The notes: a model not told the origin generated them from the sequence alone. A stretch of DNA of 64,000 nucleotides from Mobula hypostoma (GCF_963921235.1 NC_086108.1:116624001-116688000); one strand, 5' to 3'. Positions 38,465 through 52,042 are shown, counted from the first letter of the stretch. A program made the numbers and translations.

Positions 38465-38619
38465 CTGATTTAATCACTGCGAGGGTGTCTCAGCAATCAT
38501 TGTAAACGCGGAATTTATTGCTGAACGTGTCGTTCATCAGAGAGGATTTTTTCCCCATTAGTGATCTGCCGTGAAAATACATTTACACCAAAAACCGAGC
38601 CTTACAGACACTGTCTCAG

Positions 38620-39620
38620 TCTCTAACGTCCGCCCCGACCCCCACTCCTTGTCCTAGTCTCTGTAATGCACTCCACCGACACGGCCCCCACCCCTGCCTC
38701 AGTCTCCAATATCCGCCCCCGACACCCCCCCCCCCATTTCTCACTCTGTAATGTCCGTCTCTGACACGACCCCCGCCCCTGTCTCGGTCTCCTGTGTCCG
38801 CCCCCGAGCCCCCATTTCTCAGACTCTATAATCCCAATCCCGGCCTCAGTCTCTGTAATGTCCCCCGACCCAACCCCCTGTCTCAGTCTCAAAAAGTCCA
38901 CTGACCCCACCCCCTGTCTCAGTCTCTGTAATGTCCCCTGACCTCCACCCCCTATCTCAGTCTCTGTAGTATCCCCTGACCCCCAACCCCTGTCTCAGTC
39001 TCTGTAATGTCTCCCGACCCCCACCCCTGTCTTAGTCTCATAAAGTACCCCCCCGACCCCTGACCCCCCACCCCCTGTCTCAGTCTCTGTAATGTCCCCT
39101 GACCCCCAACCCGTCTCAGTCTCTGTAAAGTCCCCTGACCTTCAACCCATCTCAGTCTCTGTAATGTCCCCTAACCTCCACCCCCTATCTCGGTCTCTGT
39201 AATGTCTCCTGACCCCCACCCCTGTCTCAGTCTCATAAAGTACCCCCCGACCCCTGACTCTCACCCCCTGTCTCAGTCTCTGCAATGTCCCCTAACCTCC
39301 ATCCCCCTGTCTCAGTCTCTGTAATGTCCCCTGACCCCCACCCCCTGTCGCAGTCTCTGTAATGACCCCTGACACCCACCTCTTGTCTCAGTCTCTGTAA
39401 AGTTCCCCCCCCGACCCAACCACCCGCCCCATCTCAGACTCTGTAATGTTCTTCCAACCCAACCTTCATCCCATCTCAGTCTGTAATGTCTCACTGACTT
39501 GACCTCCACTCACTGTCTGTGTCTGTCTCTATAATGTCCTCCCCCCCCCACCTATTCTCAGTCTCTGTATTGTCCCTTCCCTTCAAACTCCACTACCTCT
39601 CTCAGTCTCTGTAATGCCCA
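38620..39620. repeat. ~38-bp C-rich minisatellite (CCCTGTCTCAGTCTCTGTAATGTCCCCTGACCCCCAC)
   Basis: Tandem units visible, e.g. TCTCAGTC at 38917 and 38955. Confidence 0.92.
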
Positions 39621-40136
39621 CCTCTCTGATACTGCACCCTCCCACCGACCTGGTCTCTGTTCCTGCTCCCATTCCCGTACTCCAACCCCGCAAGGAACTG
39701 CTCCACCCTTTCAATTTCTGCCCTGACGTTCCTCACCGAAACTCTGATCTCAGGGCAACGTGATTCGGCCCCAGTATTCTGATCTCTTCGATCCTATTCT
39801 TATATCATGGCTAATATTTTGTGTCAGTCCCCCCCCCCCACCAGCTCTTCCCCTGAGTATAAGTAGTGATGAAGGACCCTGACTGGGGGAGTGTTCTGAT
39901 GAAGGGTCTCAGCCTGAGACATGACTGTTCTCTCCTTTCCACGGATGCTGCCAGGCCCGCTGAGTTTCTCCAGCATTCTGTCTATGTTGCTCGGAGTGAG
40001 TGAGAAGGTTTCTCTTGCTACTGTCCTGACAGCTAACCCCTCATTCTGAGAGAGCAACTCCGGGTCCAGATGCCCCGTCACCAGGGGAAGGAAGGCAGAA
40101 GCTGTCTGATAAATTTCTCCTCATGGACAGACCCAC

Positions 40137-40314
40137 CATCCACAATCAACTTGCTGCAGGTATTCATGGACAGGCATGTCGCTCCCATCCTCATAGCCAG
40201 ACTTGTCCCACAAGCACCAGAACTTGACATCATTATAGTAAGATGTTTCTGCACTGGCAGTGGAATCCCTCTGATTACTCATTGTCTCCAAGTAAAGTGG
40301 ACCTCTGGAATTCT
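40137..40314 (-). CDS. Candidate exon of the unrecognised gene (NSRGPLYLETMSNQRD...YYNDVKFWCLWDKSGYEDGSDMPVHEYLQQVDCGW)
   Basis: Unique-looking sequence; acceptor at 40314 or 40312; donor GATG|GTGGGT. Its phase-2 end (TG) is completed to Trp by the next exon's first G. Confidence 0.5.
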
Positions 40315-40339
40315 CTGTCCCCAGGATCATTGAACACAA

Positions 40340-42540
40340 CACAGAACAGAAACAACAGAGGAACAAGCCCTTCTGCTCACTATGTCTGCTCTGAAAATGA
40401 TAAACAAGAGACAATCTCTATATTCTGGAAATCCAAGCAACACGCAAAATGCTGGAGGAGCTCAGCACCATTTTGTGTATGATGCTGAATGAAACTAAAT
40501 CCCTTCTGTCTGTTCATAATCGATACCCCTTCATTCCCTGCACATCCACCTGCCTATTTCACAGCTTCATAAACACCACTGTCATATCTGCCTGGTCAGG
40601 TCCTAGATATTTCTCTGTCTTCATACAGTTCTGTACAAGGCATCCAGCACCTCCTCTGCTGTGATGCAAACTATCCAAGACCTCCCCATTTACTTTTCCT
40701 ATTCTGAAATAGGTATGTCTTTCTGCATGGTAAACAGGAGAAATATTGGGGGAGGACATCACTCATCCTGTGCAGCTCTATACACAGATCTCCACTTTCA
40801 TCCTGAGGGCTCCTATTCCCTCTTTACTCATTCTTTTTCTTTTAATATAAAATTCTTTGGATTGTCTTCAATCTTCTCTGCCAAAGCTATCCCATTCCCT
40901 CTTTTTGCCCTGATTTCATTTTTGAGTACACTTCTAGACTTCTCCAGGGCTTCCCTTAATCCCAGCTGCCTTTATTCGCCCAATATACCCCTCCCTATCC
41001 AGAGTTCTCTTCAGCCACCAGTTTCGTCCTTCACTCAAACAGGAACTTGCAGAACTTGTTTACTTGCATCACTTTTAAAAGCCCTCTATTTGCCTGTTGT
41101 CTGTTTGCCCTTCAACAACCTACTCCAATCAACCTTTGCACAACTCCTGTCATATACTTTCAACATTCTCCTTGCCACAGTTCAGTGCTTGAACCTATGG
41201 ACCAGTTCTGTCCCTATCCATAACTAGCTTTACGTCAGTGGTGGGAAGCATCAAGTTCCTGGGTGTCAGCATCTCTGAGGATCTGTCCTGGGAGATTTGA
41301 TGCACTGATGCAATCTTGAAGAAGGCAGTCCAGTGGCTATAATTAATTAGTACTTTGAGGAAATTTGATATGTAGAATCAGGATTATAGAACACTACAGT
41401 GAGAAATAGTACTCCTAGCCCATCTAGTCCATGCTGAACCATAAATCTGCCTAGACCTATTGACCTGCACCTGGACCATAGCCCTCCATACCCCTCCCAT
41501 CCATGCACCTATACAAATTTTTCTTAAATTTTGAAGTTGAACCCACATCCACCACTTGTGCTGGCAGCTTGTTCCACACTGTCACCACTCTGAGTGAAGA
41601 AATTCCCCTTACATATTTCACCTTTCACCCTTAACCCATGAACTCTAGTTGTAGTCTCACCCAACCTCGGTGGGAAAAGCCCATTTGCATTTACTCTATC
41701 TATAGCCCTCAGAATTGTATACCTCTATCAAATCTCTCCTCATTCTCCTGCACTCCAGGGAATAAAGTCCTACCCTATTCAACCTTTCCCTATAACTCAG
41801 GCCCTCAAGTCCTGGGAACATCCTTGTGCATTTTCTCTTCACTCTTTCAATCTTGATTGTGTCTTTCCAGTAGGTAGGTGAGCAAAACTGCACACAATAC
41901 TCCAAATCAAGCCTCACCAAGGTCTTGTACAACATCATCGAAAGACTTTAGCAACTTTCTGCAGATGGAGGGCATTCTGACAGACTGGTATGGAGGCTCC
42001 AGTGCTCAGGATGGCAAACTGTTTCAGACGGTTGTAGACGCGGCCAGCTCCATCACAGACATGACTCTCCCTCCACTGAGGACATCTTCAAGAGCTGATG
42101 CCTCAGGAAAACAGCATTCATCATAAAGACCCTCAGCATCCAGGACACGCCCTGGGAGGAGACACTAGAGCCTGAAGACACAGGCTCAATGATTCAGCAA
42201 CAGATTCTTCCCCTTCACCATCTGATTTTTTTATGGTCCATTACCATGAACACTTCCATATTATTCCTTTTTTCCACGACTTATTTTTGCAACATAGTAA
42301 TTTGTGTCTATAGTACCGATCTATAGTATCTATAGAATTGTATCTGTTGCCATTAAACAACAAATTTTGCAATGTACAGTACTGTGCAAGTCTTAGACAT
42401 ATATATATATACACACACACAGTAGCTAGTGTGTCTAAGATTTTTGCACAGTACTGTAATAATTTTATGTATTGCACTGTACTGCTGCCACAAAAAAGAC
42501 ATGTGAGTGACGATAAAGCTGATTCTGATACAGGTCTCCA
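40340..42540. mobile_element. Mixed old CR1 (minus, ~41380-41940) and Rex1 (plus) fragments
   Basis: LYKTLVRLDLEYCVQFCSP (CR1); EGILTDWYG and 3' tail (Rex1). Confidence 0.7.
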
Positions 42541-42803
42541 TTGTGAACTGAGAGTAGGAAGGGGGCAGGGAGAGGGGAATTATGGTTGGAAAAAGGGGAA
42601 GGGAGAGGGGAGGGAATGGGAAACACCAGAGAGATATTCTGTAATGATCAATAAACCAAATGTTTGGAATCAAATGACCTTGTCTGAGGTCTCAGGGCTA
42701 GATACCCTTCACACCCTGGGCACTGCACTCCTCCTCTATCACCTGTCCCACACCTCTCCCGTGGAGCTCCACCCTCACCGTTCCCAACATCCTTTGCTCT
42801 CAC

Positions 42804-42851
42804 CAGATTTACAAATTCACTCTCTGCTTCATGTTTATGGTGATTATAAAC
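42804..42851 (-). CDS. Candidate 48-bp exon (VYNHHKHEAESEFVNL)
   Basis: CATCAG|GTT acceptor, CTG|GTGAGA donor. Only the phase-0 frame is open, matching the upstream exon. Confidence 0.45.
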
Positions 42852-43114
42852 CTGATGCTGAGGTACTGAGAGATAGGACATTTCCTTTCCTGGTCCTGAT
42901 GCTGTCCTGAGGGATAGGACCTTTCCTTTCCTGGTGATCTTCCTACCTTTACCTTCAGTGTGAACACCTAGTTGAAACTTCTACCTATGATGCTCTCAGC
43001 ATCTCGGATCATCTTAAGTTCATATCTCTTATTAAACTTTCCCTCGTCATGTTAAGTGCATGTTCCTTAGTATTTGACATTTCTACCCTGGGACAATGAT
43101 TCCAACTGTTTCTC

Positions 43115-43845
43115 CTACCAGAAAAGTGTGAACTGATTTACTTTGGAAGGCTGAAGACAGAGTATAAGGTTAATGGCAGGTTTCTTAAAGTGGGGTTATA
43201 GTGGGATCTTGAAGACTACATCCATAGAGCATTCAGAATTACTGTGCAATTTGATAGAGTGGTTAAGAAGACATATGGTGTGTTGCCCTTCATTAGTCAG
43301 GGGATTGAGTTCAAGAGATTTTAGGTAATGTTGAAGCTCCATAAAAACAGTTGAACTACATTAAGAGTATTGTGTTCAGTCCTGGTCACCTCCAAGGATG
43401 TGGAAGCTTTATAGAGGGTGCAGAGGAGGTTTACCAGGATGCTGGCTGGTGTACAGAGCATGTCTTATGATGATAGGGTGAGTGAGCTTGGGCTTTTCTC
43501 TCTGGAGCAAAGGAGGATGAGAGGTGACTTGATCGAGGTGTACAAGATGATAAGAGACATGGATCGAGTGGGCAGCCAGACCTTTCTCCCCCAGGGTGAA
43601 AATGACTAATATAAGGAGCAATAATTTGAAGGTGATTGAAGGAAAGTATAGGGAGGATGCCAGAGTGGTGGGTGGCTGGAACACACTGCAGGGGTGGTGG
43701 TAGAGGTAGATATATTAGTAATATTTAAGAGACACTTAGGTAGGCAGGAGTATGTGGAGGGTAGGGTTAATCTCATAGGTCAAAAGGTTAGCACTACATT
43801 ATGGGCTGAAGGGCCTAAACTGTGCTGTACTGTTCTATGTTCTAT
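43115..43845 (+). mobile_element. CR1 3' fragment
   Basis: VQRRFTRML..LFSLEQRRMRGDLIEVYK; TTCTATGT tail. Confidence 0.85.
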
Positions 43846-43883
43846 TTTTGTTCCAAAGTGGATGACCTCACTTTTCTCTGTAC

Positions 43884-43990
43884 CTTGTTCAATCTGGCAG
43901 CTTGTTCCAGCAGCCAGCCAACTTCCCGATGTATCTGTGCGGACTCTTCACAGCCTACACTGACATCTAGTGTTCCGTTGTCAGCATCTC
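43884..43990 (-). CDS. Candidate 107-bp exon (GDADNGTLDVSVGCEESAQIHREVGWLLEQAARLNK)
   Basis: TAGCAG|GA acceptor, AAG|GTACAG donor (alternative donor at 43872); phase 1 to 0. Confidence 0.45.
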
Positions 43991-44064
43991 CTGCTAGACA
44001 TGCACTCCCATTCTGGCTTAGGGTGTCACAGTGATCCCAGAGAGGGAGAGCAGATCCCACTCAC

Positions 44065-44097
44065 CGCAGTGAGAAATTAGAGTCAGTAAAGCTGACC
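44065..44097 (-). CDS. Candidate 33-bp exon (WSALLTLISHC)
   Basis: TTCTCCTCAG|GG acceptor, GCG|GTGAGT donor, 74-bp intron to the next exon; phase 1 to 1. Confidence 0.45.
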
Positions 44098-44489
44098 CTG
44101 AGGAGAATGATGCTCATCAAAACCCGGCATTCACAGATGCCCTTCAGGGAAGGGAAACTGCCATCCACAGGTGAGCAGCCCTTGAGGACGGGGTTCCTGT
44201 ACTCCGGAAATCAAAACGGGCATAGTAGAGTCACAGTTTGCATGCTTTACAGCATCAACAATGCAGGTTCATTTTCACCACTGTCAGGAGTTTGTGTATT
44301 CTCCAGTGACTGTCCTCTCACATTCCAAAGTCATGAGGGTTGGCAGGATAATTGGGTGGTGCGGGATCATTGGGCTAGGAGAGCCTGTGACTGTGCTGTA
44401 TCTTTACACCAAAGTATCAAATTTTAGATAGGCACATGGATGATAAAAACTGAAAGGTGATGCAGAGGGAAAGGTTGGATGGATCTCGG

Positions 44490-44900
44490 AATACATAGAA
44501 CAGTACAGCACATTACAGGCCCTTCGGCCCACAATGTTGTGCCGACTCTCAAATTCTGCCTGCCATATAAGCCCCCACCTTAGATTCCTCCATATACCTG
44601 TCTAGTAGTCTCTTAAACTTCACTAGCGTATCTGCCTCCACCACTGATTCAGGCAGTGCATTCCACGCACCAACCACTCTCTGAGTAAAAAACCTTCCTC
44701 TAATATCCCCCTTGAACTTCCCACCCTTTACCTTAAAGCCATGTCCTCTTGTATTGAGCAGTGGTGCCCTGGGAAAGAGGCACTGACTATCCACTCTATC
44801 TATTCCTCTTATTATCTTGTACACCTCTATCATGTCTCCTCTCATCCTCCTTCTCTCCAAAGAGTAAAGCCCTAGCTCCCTTAATCTCTGATCATAATGC
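44490..44900 (-). mobile_element. CR1 3' end (resumes ~45523-45650 after the Penelope insertion)
   Basis: LYSLERRRMRGDMIEVYKII...FFTQRVVGAWNALP. Confidence 0.9.
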
Positions 44901-45522
44901 ATACTTTGCTGAACATCTACGCTCTGTCCGCCAGAGAAAGCAGGATCTCCCAGTGGCCACACATTTTAATTCCACATCCCATTCCCATTCTGACATGTCT
45001 ATCCACGGCCTCCTCTACTGTAAAGATGAAGCCACAATCAGGTTGGAGGAACAACACCTTATATTCCGTCTGGGTAGCCTCCAACCTGATAGCATGAACA
45101 TCGACTTCTCTAACTTCCGCTAATGCCCCACCTTCCCCTCGTACCCCATCTGTTACTTATTTTTATACACACATTCTTTCTCTCACTCTCCTTTTTCTCC
45201 CTCTGTCCCTCTGAATATACCCCTTGCCCATCCTCTGGGTCCCCCCCCCCCACTCTTTGGTTTTCTTCCCGGACCTCCTGTCCCATGATCCTCTCGTATC
45301 CCCTTTTGCCTATCACCTGTCCAGCTCTTGGCTCCATCCCTCCCCCTCCTGTCTTCTCCTATCATTTTGGATCTCCCCCTCCCCCTCCAACTTTCAAATC
45401 CCTTACTCACTCTTCCTTCAGTTAGTCCTGGCGAAGGGTCTCGGCCTGAAACGTCGACTGTACCTCTTCCTAGAGATGCTGCCTGGCCTGCTGCGTTCAC
45501 CAGCAACTTTTATGTGTGTTGC
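44900..45522 (+). mobile_element. Penelope-like element 3' fragment (GIY-YIG C-terminus and terminal repeat with a mutated hammerhead at 45424-45459)
   Basis: FAEHLRSVRQRKQDLPVATHFNS...RLGSLQPDSMNIDFSNFR*; AGTC-CTGGCGA-AGGGTCTCGGCCT-GAAAC-GTC-GACT. Confidence 0.9.
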
Positions 45523-45828
45523 AGACTCTCTAAACCAGGCAGCATCCTGGTAAATCTCCTCTGTATCCTTTCCAATGCTTCCATGTCCTTCCTATAGTGA
45601 GGCGACCAGAACTGGACACAGGACTCCACGTGTGGCCTAACCAGAGTTTGATAGGTTACGAGTTGGGCACAGCATTGCGGGCTGAAGGTCCTGTACTGTT
45701 CTATGTTTCCAGGCAGAGCTCTAGAGACACTGAGCAGTTCAGGCAGTTGAAATCTATCAAATATTGAAAAGCTTCGTTAGCAGACGTGGTGAAGATGTTT
45801 CCAAGAGTGGGAGAGTTGAGGAAATCAG

Positions 45829-46030
45829 AAACACGAGAGATTCTGCAGATGCTGGAAATCCAGAGTAACACACACAAAATGGTGGAGGAAGCATCTATGG
45901 ACATGAATAAATAGTCTATGTTTCTTGTCAACATCATTCATCAGTCCTGAAAGAGGCTCTCTGCATGAAACATTGACCTTTATTTATTTCCATAGGTGTT
46001 GCCTGACCTGCCCGCTGAGTGTGTTGCTCA
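45829..46030. mobile_element. Old palindromic Penelope-derived element
   Basis: AAACACGAGAGATTCTGCAGATGCTGG end and degenerate inverted hammerhead-like arms around 45945; same architecture as 12197-12421. Confidence 0.55.
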
Positions 46031-46559
46031 GAATAGAAGGACATTGGAATAGAGATGAGGAGTTATTTCTCTAGCCAGAAGGTGGTGAATCCCTGGAATT
46101 CATTCCCTCAGATGTCCATGGAGGCCAGGTCATTAGGTGTGTTAAAGGCAGTCAGGGTGACCCAGGGAGAGGGGTGACGGGTGTGGAGAGAGATGGGACA
46201 ATGGGTACAGGGTCCCAGGGTGACAGATGGATAGGAGTGAGAGTGTGGAGACAGATGGGAGACTGGACACAGAGTCCCATGGTGACCCAGGGTGAGGGGT
46301 GATGGGTATGGAGAGAGATGGGGCATTGGACACAGGGTCCCAGAATGAGCCAGGGAAAGACCATAAGACCATAAGATATAGGAGCAGAATTAGGCCATTT
46401 GACCCATCGAGTCTGCTCCGCCATTTCATCATGGCGGATCCATTTTCTCTCTCAGCCTCAATCTCCTGCCTTCTCCCCGTATCCCTTCATGCCCTGACCA
46501 ATCAAGAATCTATCAACCTCTGCCCTGTAGCCAGCGGGCACTGTGAGGGTCATGTTTTT

Positions 46560-49350
46560 TGACTAGGAAACTTTGTCACATGAAGTGAGCAGAGGTATCT
46601 ACAGCTTAATGTGAAAAAGACTAAGGAGCTGGTGGTAGACCTGAGGAGAGCTATGGTACCGGTGACCCCTGTTTCCATCCAGGGGGTCAGTGTGGACATG
46701 GTGGAGGATTACAAATACCTGGGGATACGAATTGACAATAAACTGGACTGGTCAAAGAACACTGAGGCTGTCTACAAGAAGGGTCCGAGCCGTCTCTATT
46801 TCCTGAGGAGGCTGAGGTCCTTTAACATCTGCCGGACGATGCTGAGGATGTTCTACGAGTCTGTGGCGGCCAGTGCGATTATGTTTGCTGTTGTGTGCTG
46901 GGGCAGCAGGCTGAGGGTAGCAGACACCAACAGAATCAACAAACTCATTCGTAAGGCCAGTGATGCTGTGGGGATGGAACTGGACTCTCCAACGGTGATG
47001 TCTGAAAAGAGGATGCTGTCCAAGTTGCATGCCATCTTGGTTAATGTCTCCCATCCACTACATAATGTACTGGTTGGGCACAGGAGTACATTCAGCCAGA
47101 GACTCATTCCACCGAGATGCAACACAGAACGTCATAGGAAGTCATTCCCGCCTGTGGCCATCAAACTTTACAACTCCTCCCTTGGAGGGTCAGACACCCT
47201 GAGCCAATAGGCTGGTCCTGGACTTATTTCCTGGCATAATTTAGAAACATAGAAACATAGAAAATAGGTGCCGGAGTAGGCCATTCGGCCCTTCGAGCCT
47301 GCACCGCCATTTATTATGATCATGGCTGATCATCCAACTCAGAACCCTGCACCAGCCTTCCCTCCATACCCCCTGACCCCTGTAGCCACAAGGGCCATAT
47401 CTAACTTCCTTTTAAACATAGCTAATGAACTGGCCTCAACAGTTTGCTGTGGCAGAGAATTCCACAGATTCACCACTCTCTGTGTGAAGAAGTTTTTCCT
47501 AACCTCGGTCCTAAAAGGCTTCCCCTCTATCCTCAAACTGTGACCCCTCATTCTAGACCTCCCCAACATCGGGAACAATCTTCCCGCATCTAGCCTGTCC
47601 AATCCCTTTAGGATCTTATACGTTTCAATCAGATCCCCCCTCAATCTTCTAAATTCCAACGAGTACAAGCCCAGTTCATCCAGTCTTTCTTCATATGAAA
47701 GACCTGCCATCCCAGGAATCAATCTGGTGAACCTTCTTTGTACTCCCTCTATGGCAAAGATGTCTTTCCTCAGATTAGGGGACCAAAACTGCACACAATA
47801 CTCCAGGTGTGGTCTCACCAAGGCCTTGTACAACTGCAGTAGTACCTCCCTGCTCCTGTACTCGAATCCTCTCGCTATAAATGCCAGCATACCGTTCGCC
47901 TTTTTCACCGCCTGCTGTACCTGCATGCCCACTTTCAATGACTGGTGTATAATGACACCCAGGTCTCGTTGCACCTCCCCTTTTCCTAATCGGCCACCAT
48001 TCAGATAATAATCTGTTTTCCTATTTTTGCCACCAAAGTGGATAACTTCACATTTATCCACATTAAATTGCATCTGACATGAGTTTGCCCACTCACCCAA
48101 CCTATCCAAGTCACCCTGCATCCTCTTAGCATCCTCCTCACTGCTAACACTGCCACCCAGCTTCGTGTCATCCGCAAACTTGGAGATGCTGCATTTAATT
48201 CCCTCATCCAAGTCATTAATATATATTGTAAACAACTGGGGTCCCAGCACTGAGCCTTGCGGTACCCCACTAGTCACCGCCTGCCATTCTGAAAAGGTCC
48301 CGTTTATTCCCACTCTTTGCTTCCTGTCTGCTAACCAATTCTCCACCCACACCAATACCTTACCCCCAATACCGTGTGCTTTAAGTTTGCACACTAATCT
48401 CCTGTGTGGGACCTTGTCAAAAGCCTTTTGAAAATCCAAATATACCACATCCACTGGTTCTCCCCTATCCACTCTACTAGTTACATCCTCAAAAAATTCT
48501 ATGAGATTCGTCAGACATGATTTTCCTTTCACAAATCCATGCTGACTTTGTCCGATCATTTCACCGCTTTCCAAATGTGCTGTTATCACATCCTTGATAA
48601 CTGACTCCAGCAGTTTCCCCACCACCGACGTTAGGCTAACCGGCCTATAATTCCCCGGTTTCTCTCTCCCTCCTTTTTTAAAAAGTGGGGTTACATTAGC
48701 CACCCTCCAATCCTCAGGAACTAGTCCAGAATCTAACGAGTTTTGAAAAATTATCACTAATGCATCCATTATTTCTTGGGCCACTTCCTTAAGCACTCTG
48801 GGATGCAGACCATCTGGCCCTGGGGATTTATCTGCCTTCAATCCCTTCAATTTACCTAACACCACTTCCCTACTAACATGTATTTCGCTCAGTTCCTCCA
48901 TCTCACTGGACCCTCTGTCCCTTACTATTTCTGGAAGATTATTTATGTCCTCCTTAGTGAAGACAGAACCAAAGTAATTATTCAATTGGTCTGCCATGTC
49001 CTTGCTCCCCATAATCAATTCACCTGTTTCTGTTTGCAGGGGACCTACATTTGTCTTTATCAGTCTTTTCCTTTTTACATATCTATAAAAGCTTTTACAG
49101 TCCGTTTTTATGTTCTCTGCCAGTTTTCTCTCATAATCTTTTTTCCCCTTCCTAATTAAGCCCTTTGTCCTCCTCTGCTGAACTCTGAATTTCTCCCAGT
49201 CCTCAGGTGAGCCACTTTCTATTACTTTACGTATTAGTACTTAACTATTTAGGGTTTTATTACTATTTATTATTTATGGTGCAACTGTAACAAAAACCAA
49301 TTTCCCCCGGGATCAATAAAGTATGACTATGACTATGACAACTATGACTA
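46560..49350 (+). mobile_element. Rex1/Babar 3' part with (TGACTA)n tail, split by a young CR1
   Basis: ORF 46611-47210 (KKTKELVVDLRR, YKYLG, RLYFLRRLRSF); tail AATAAA..TATGACTATGACTATGAC at 49315-49350. Confidence 0.88.
47243..49220 (-). mobile_element. Young 5'-truncated CR1 LINE with an uninterrupted 559-aa RT ORF (47339-49018)
   Basis: KSPGPDG, NYRPVSLTS, YLDFQKAFDKVPH, SGVPQGSVLGP, FADD, PHLEYCVQFWSP; (TTCTATGT)n 3' tail at 47243-47262. Confidence 0.97.
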
Positions 49351-49822
49351 AATACACCCAATGACTTGGCCTCCACAGCTGTCTGTGGCAATGAATTTCA
49401 CAGATTCACCACTCTCTGGCTGAAGAAAATCCTCTTCATCTCCATTCTAGAAGGACACCCCTCTCTCTATTTTGAGGCTGTTCCCTCTGGCCTTAGACTT
49501 TCCTAGTACAGGAAACATCCTCTGCATATCCACTCTACCAAGGCCTTTCACTATTCGAAGGTTCCAGTGAGGACACCCCTCATTCTTCTGAATTCCAGTG
49601 AATATAGACCCAGAGACAAAAAGCACTCTTCACTCTTCACTCTATACAAACCTTTGAACCTTCTCCCGTTTCAGTACATCCTTTCCAAGAAAGGGGCCCA
49701 GAACTGCCCACAATGCTCCTGGTCAGGCCTCACCAGTGCTTTATTACAATGAACTGGGGATGGCAGGTAGGGTTCTGTGCAGCACAGGGCAGAAAACAAT
49801 CAATCACACATTTAGGATTCAC

Positions 49823-49862
49823 AGCATTGTCTCCAGAATTTTCTCAATCTCTGAAGGATCAT
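49823..49862 (-). CDS. Candidate first coding segment (MILQRLRKFWRQC) of the unrecognised gene; exon may start at 49918
   Basis: Unique island between repeats. ATG at 49862; weak donor T|GTGAAT gives phase 1, which fits the 33-bp exon. Confidence 0.3.
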
Positions 49863-49924
49863 TCAGTCCCTGTCCTATCCATTCAACCATCAGATATTCC
49901 ACAAAAACTTGCGGAATACTACAG

Positions 49925-51460
49925 GTATCTGACCAGGACGGAATTGGTCATTACCCAACTAACTGACCAAGACAGACACGGTCATTACCCAGGTATCTGA
50001 CCTAGACAGACTGGGTCATAAACCAGGTATCGGACCGAGAAAGACTGGGTCATAACCCAGGTATTTGACCAGGACAGACTGCATCATTACCTGGGGTTTT
50101 GACCAGGATAGACTGGGTCATTACCCTGGTATCTGACTGGTTCAGACTGCATCGTTACCTGGGTACCTGACCGGGATAGACTGGGTCATTACTCGGGTAT
50201 CTGACTGTGACAGACTGCGTCGTTACCTGGGTATCTGACTGCTATAGACTGGGACACTACCCAGGTATCTGACTGTGACAGACTGGGTCATTACCTGGGT
50301 ATCTGTCCTAGACAGACTGGGTCATTACCCTGGTATCTGACTGGTTCAGATTGCATCGTTACCTGGGTACCTGACCGGGACAGACTGGGTCATTACTCAG
50401 GTAACTGACTGTGACAGACTGGGTCATTATTCGGGTATCTGACTGTGACAGACTGGATCATTACCCGTGTATCTGACCGCTATAGACTGGGACATTACCC
50501 AGGTATCTGACTGTGACAGACTGGGTCATTACCGGGGTATATATCTGGGACAGACTGGGTCATTACCTGGGTAAATGACTGTGTCAGATTGGGACATAAC
50601 CCGGGTATTGGACGGGAAAAGACTGGCACAGACTGGGTCATAACCTGGTTATCGGACCAAGACAGACTGGGTCATAACACGGGTATCTGATCGAGACAGA
50701 CTGGGTCATAACCCAGCTATCGGACTGGGACAGACTGGGTCATAACCTGGTTATCTGACCGAGACAGACTGGATCATAACCCGGGTATCAGACCAAGACA
50801 GACTGGGTCTTAACCCGGGTATATGACCGGGATGGAATGGGTCATTACCCGGGTCTGTGACTAGTACACACAGGGTCATTACCCAGGTATCGGATGGAGA
50901 CAGACTGGGTCATAACCCAGGTATCTGACTGGGATGGAATGGGTCATTACCTGGGTCTGTGACTGGGATGTACTGAGTCGTTATCCAGGTATCAGAATGG
51001 GTCATAACCTGGTTATCGGACCGAGACAGACTGGGTCATAATCCGGGTATTGGACTGAGACAGACTGTGTCATAATCCGGCTATCAGACCGAGATAGACT
51101 GGATGTACTGGATCATTATCCAGGTATTGGACCGGGACAGACTGGGTCATTACCCAGGTATCGGACTGGGACAGACTGGGTCATAACCTGGGTATCGGAC
51201 CGAGACAGACTGGATCATACCCCAGGTATCGGACTGAGACAGACTGGTTCATAACCCGGCTATCAGACCAAGACAGACTGGGTCATAATCCGGCTATCAG
51301 ACCGAGACAGACTGGATGTACTGGTTCATTATCCAGGTATTGGACCGGGACAGACTGGGTCATTACCCAGGTATCAGACCGGGACAGACTGGGTCATAAC
51401 CTGGGTATCGGATCTGGACAGACTGGGTCATAACCTGGGTATTGGACCAGGACAGACTGT
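49925..51460. repeat. 34-bp minisatellite (CCCAGGTATCTGACCGGGACAGACTGGGTCATTA)
   Basis: GGGTA recurs at 50161, 50195, 50229. Confidence 0.95.
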
Positions 51461-52042
51461 GTGCTGAACACAGTTCGCCAGGTGTGACCCTGAAATGAAG
51501 ACAGTTTCCCAGCTGTGATCCTGGATTGAACATAGTTCCCCAGGTGTGATCAGAGAGATGAATATGGTTCCCCAGGTGTAATCCCAAACTGACCACAGTT
51601 CCCCAGGCGTTGTCCTAAAGTGTACACAGTTCTCCAGGTGTGATACCGAACTGAACACAGTTTGCCAGGTGTGGTCACAGAAATGAACACAATTTCCCAG
51701 GTGTGATCCTGAACTGAACACAGTACCCCAGGTGTGATCCTGAGAAGAACACAATTCCCCAAGTGTGATCCTGGACTGAACGTAATTCTCCAAGTATGAT
51801 CCTGGACTGAACCCAGTTCCTCAGATGTGATTACAGACTGATCACTGGTCCCCAGGTGTGATCCCGAACTGAACGCTAATCCGCAGGTGTGTCATAGAAC
51901 TGATAACAGTTCGCCAGGTGTGACCCTGAACTGAAGGCAGTTTCCCAGCTGTGATCCATGATTGAGCACAGTTCCCCAAGTGTGATCAGAGAGATGAATA
52001 TGGTTCCCCAGGTGTAATCCCAAACTGAACACAGTTCCCAGG

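Noticed and set aside
40590..40722. Additional exon of the candidate gene (RHTYFRIGKVNGEVLDSL...)
   Set aside because: Good acceptor, but no phase-compatible GT donor, and the 3' side runs into CR1-derived sequence. Left out of the model.
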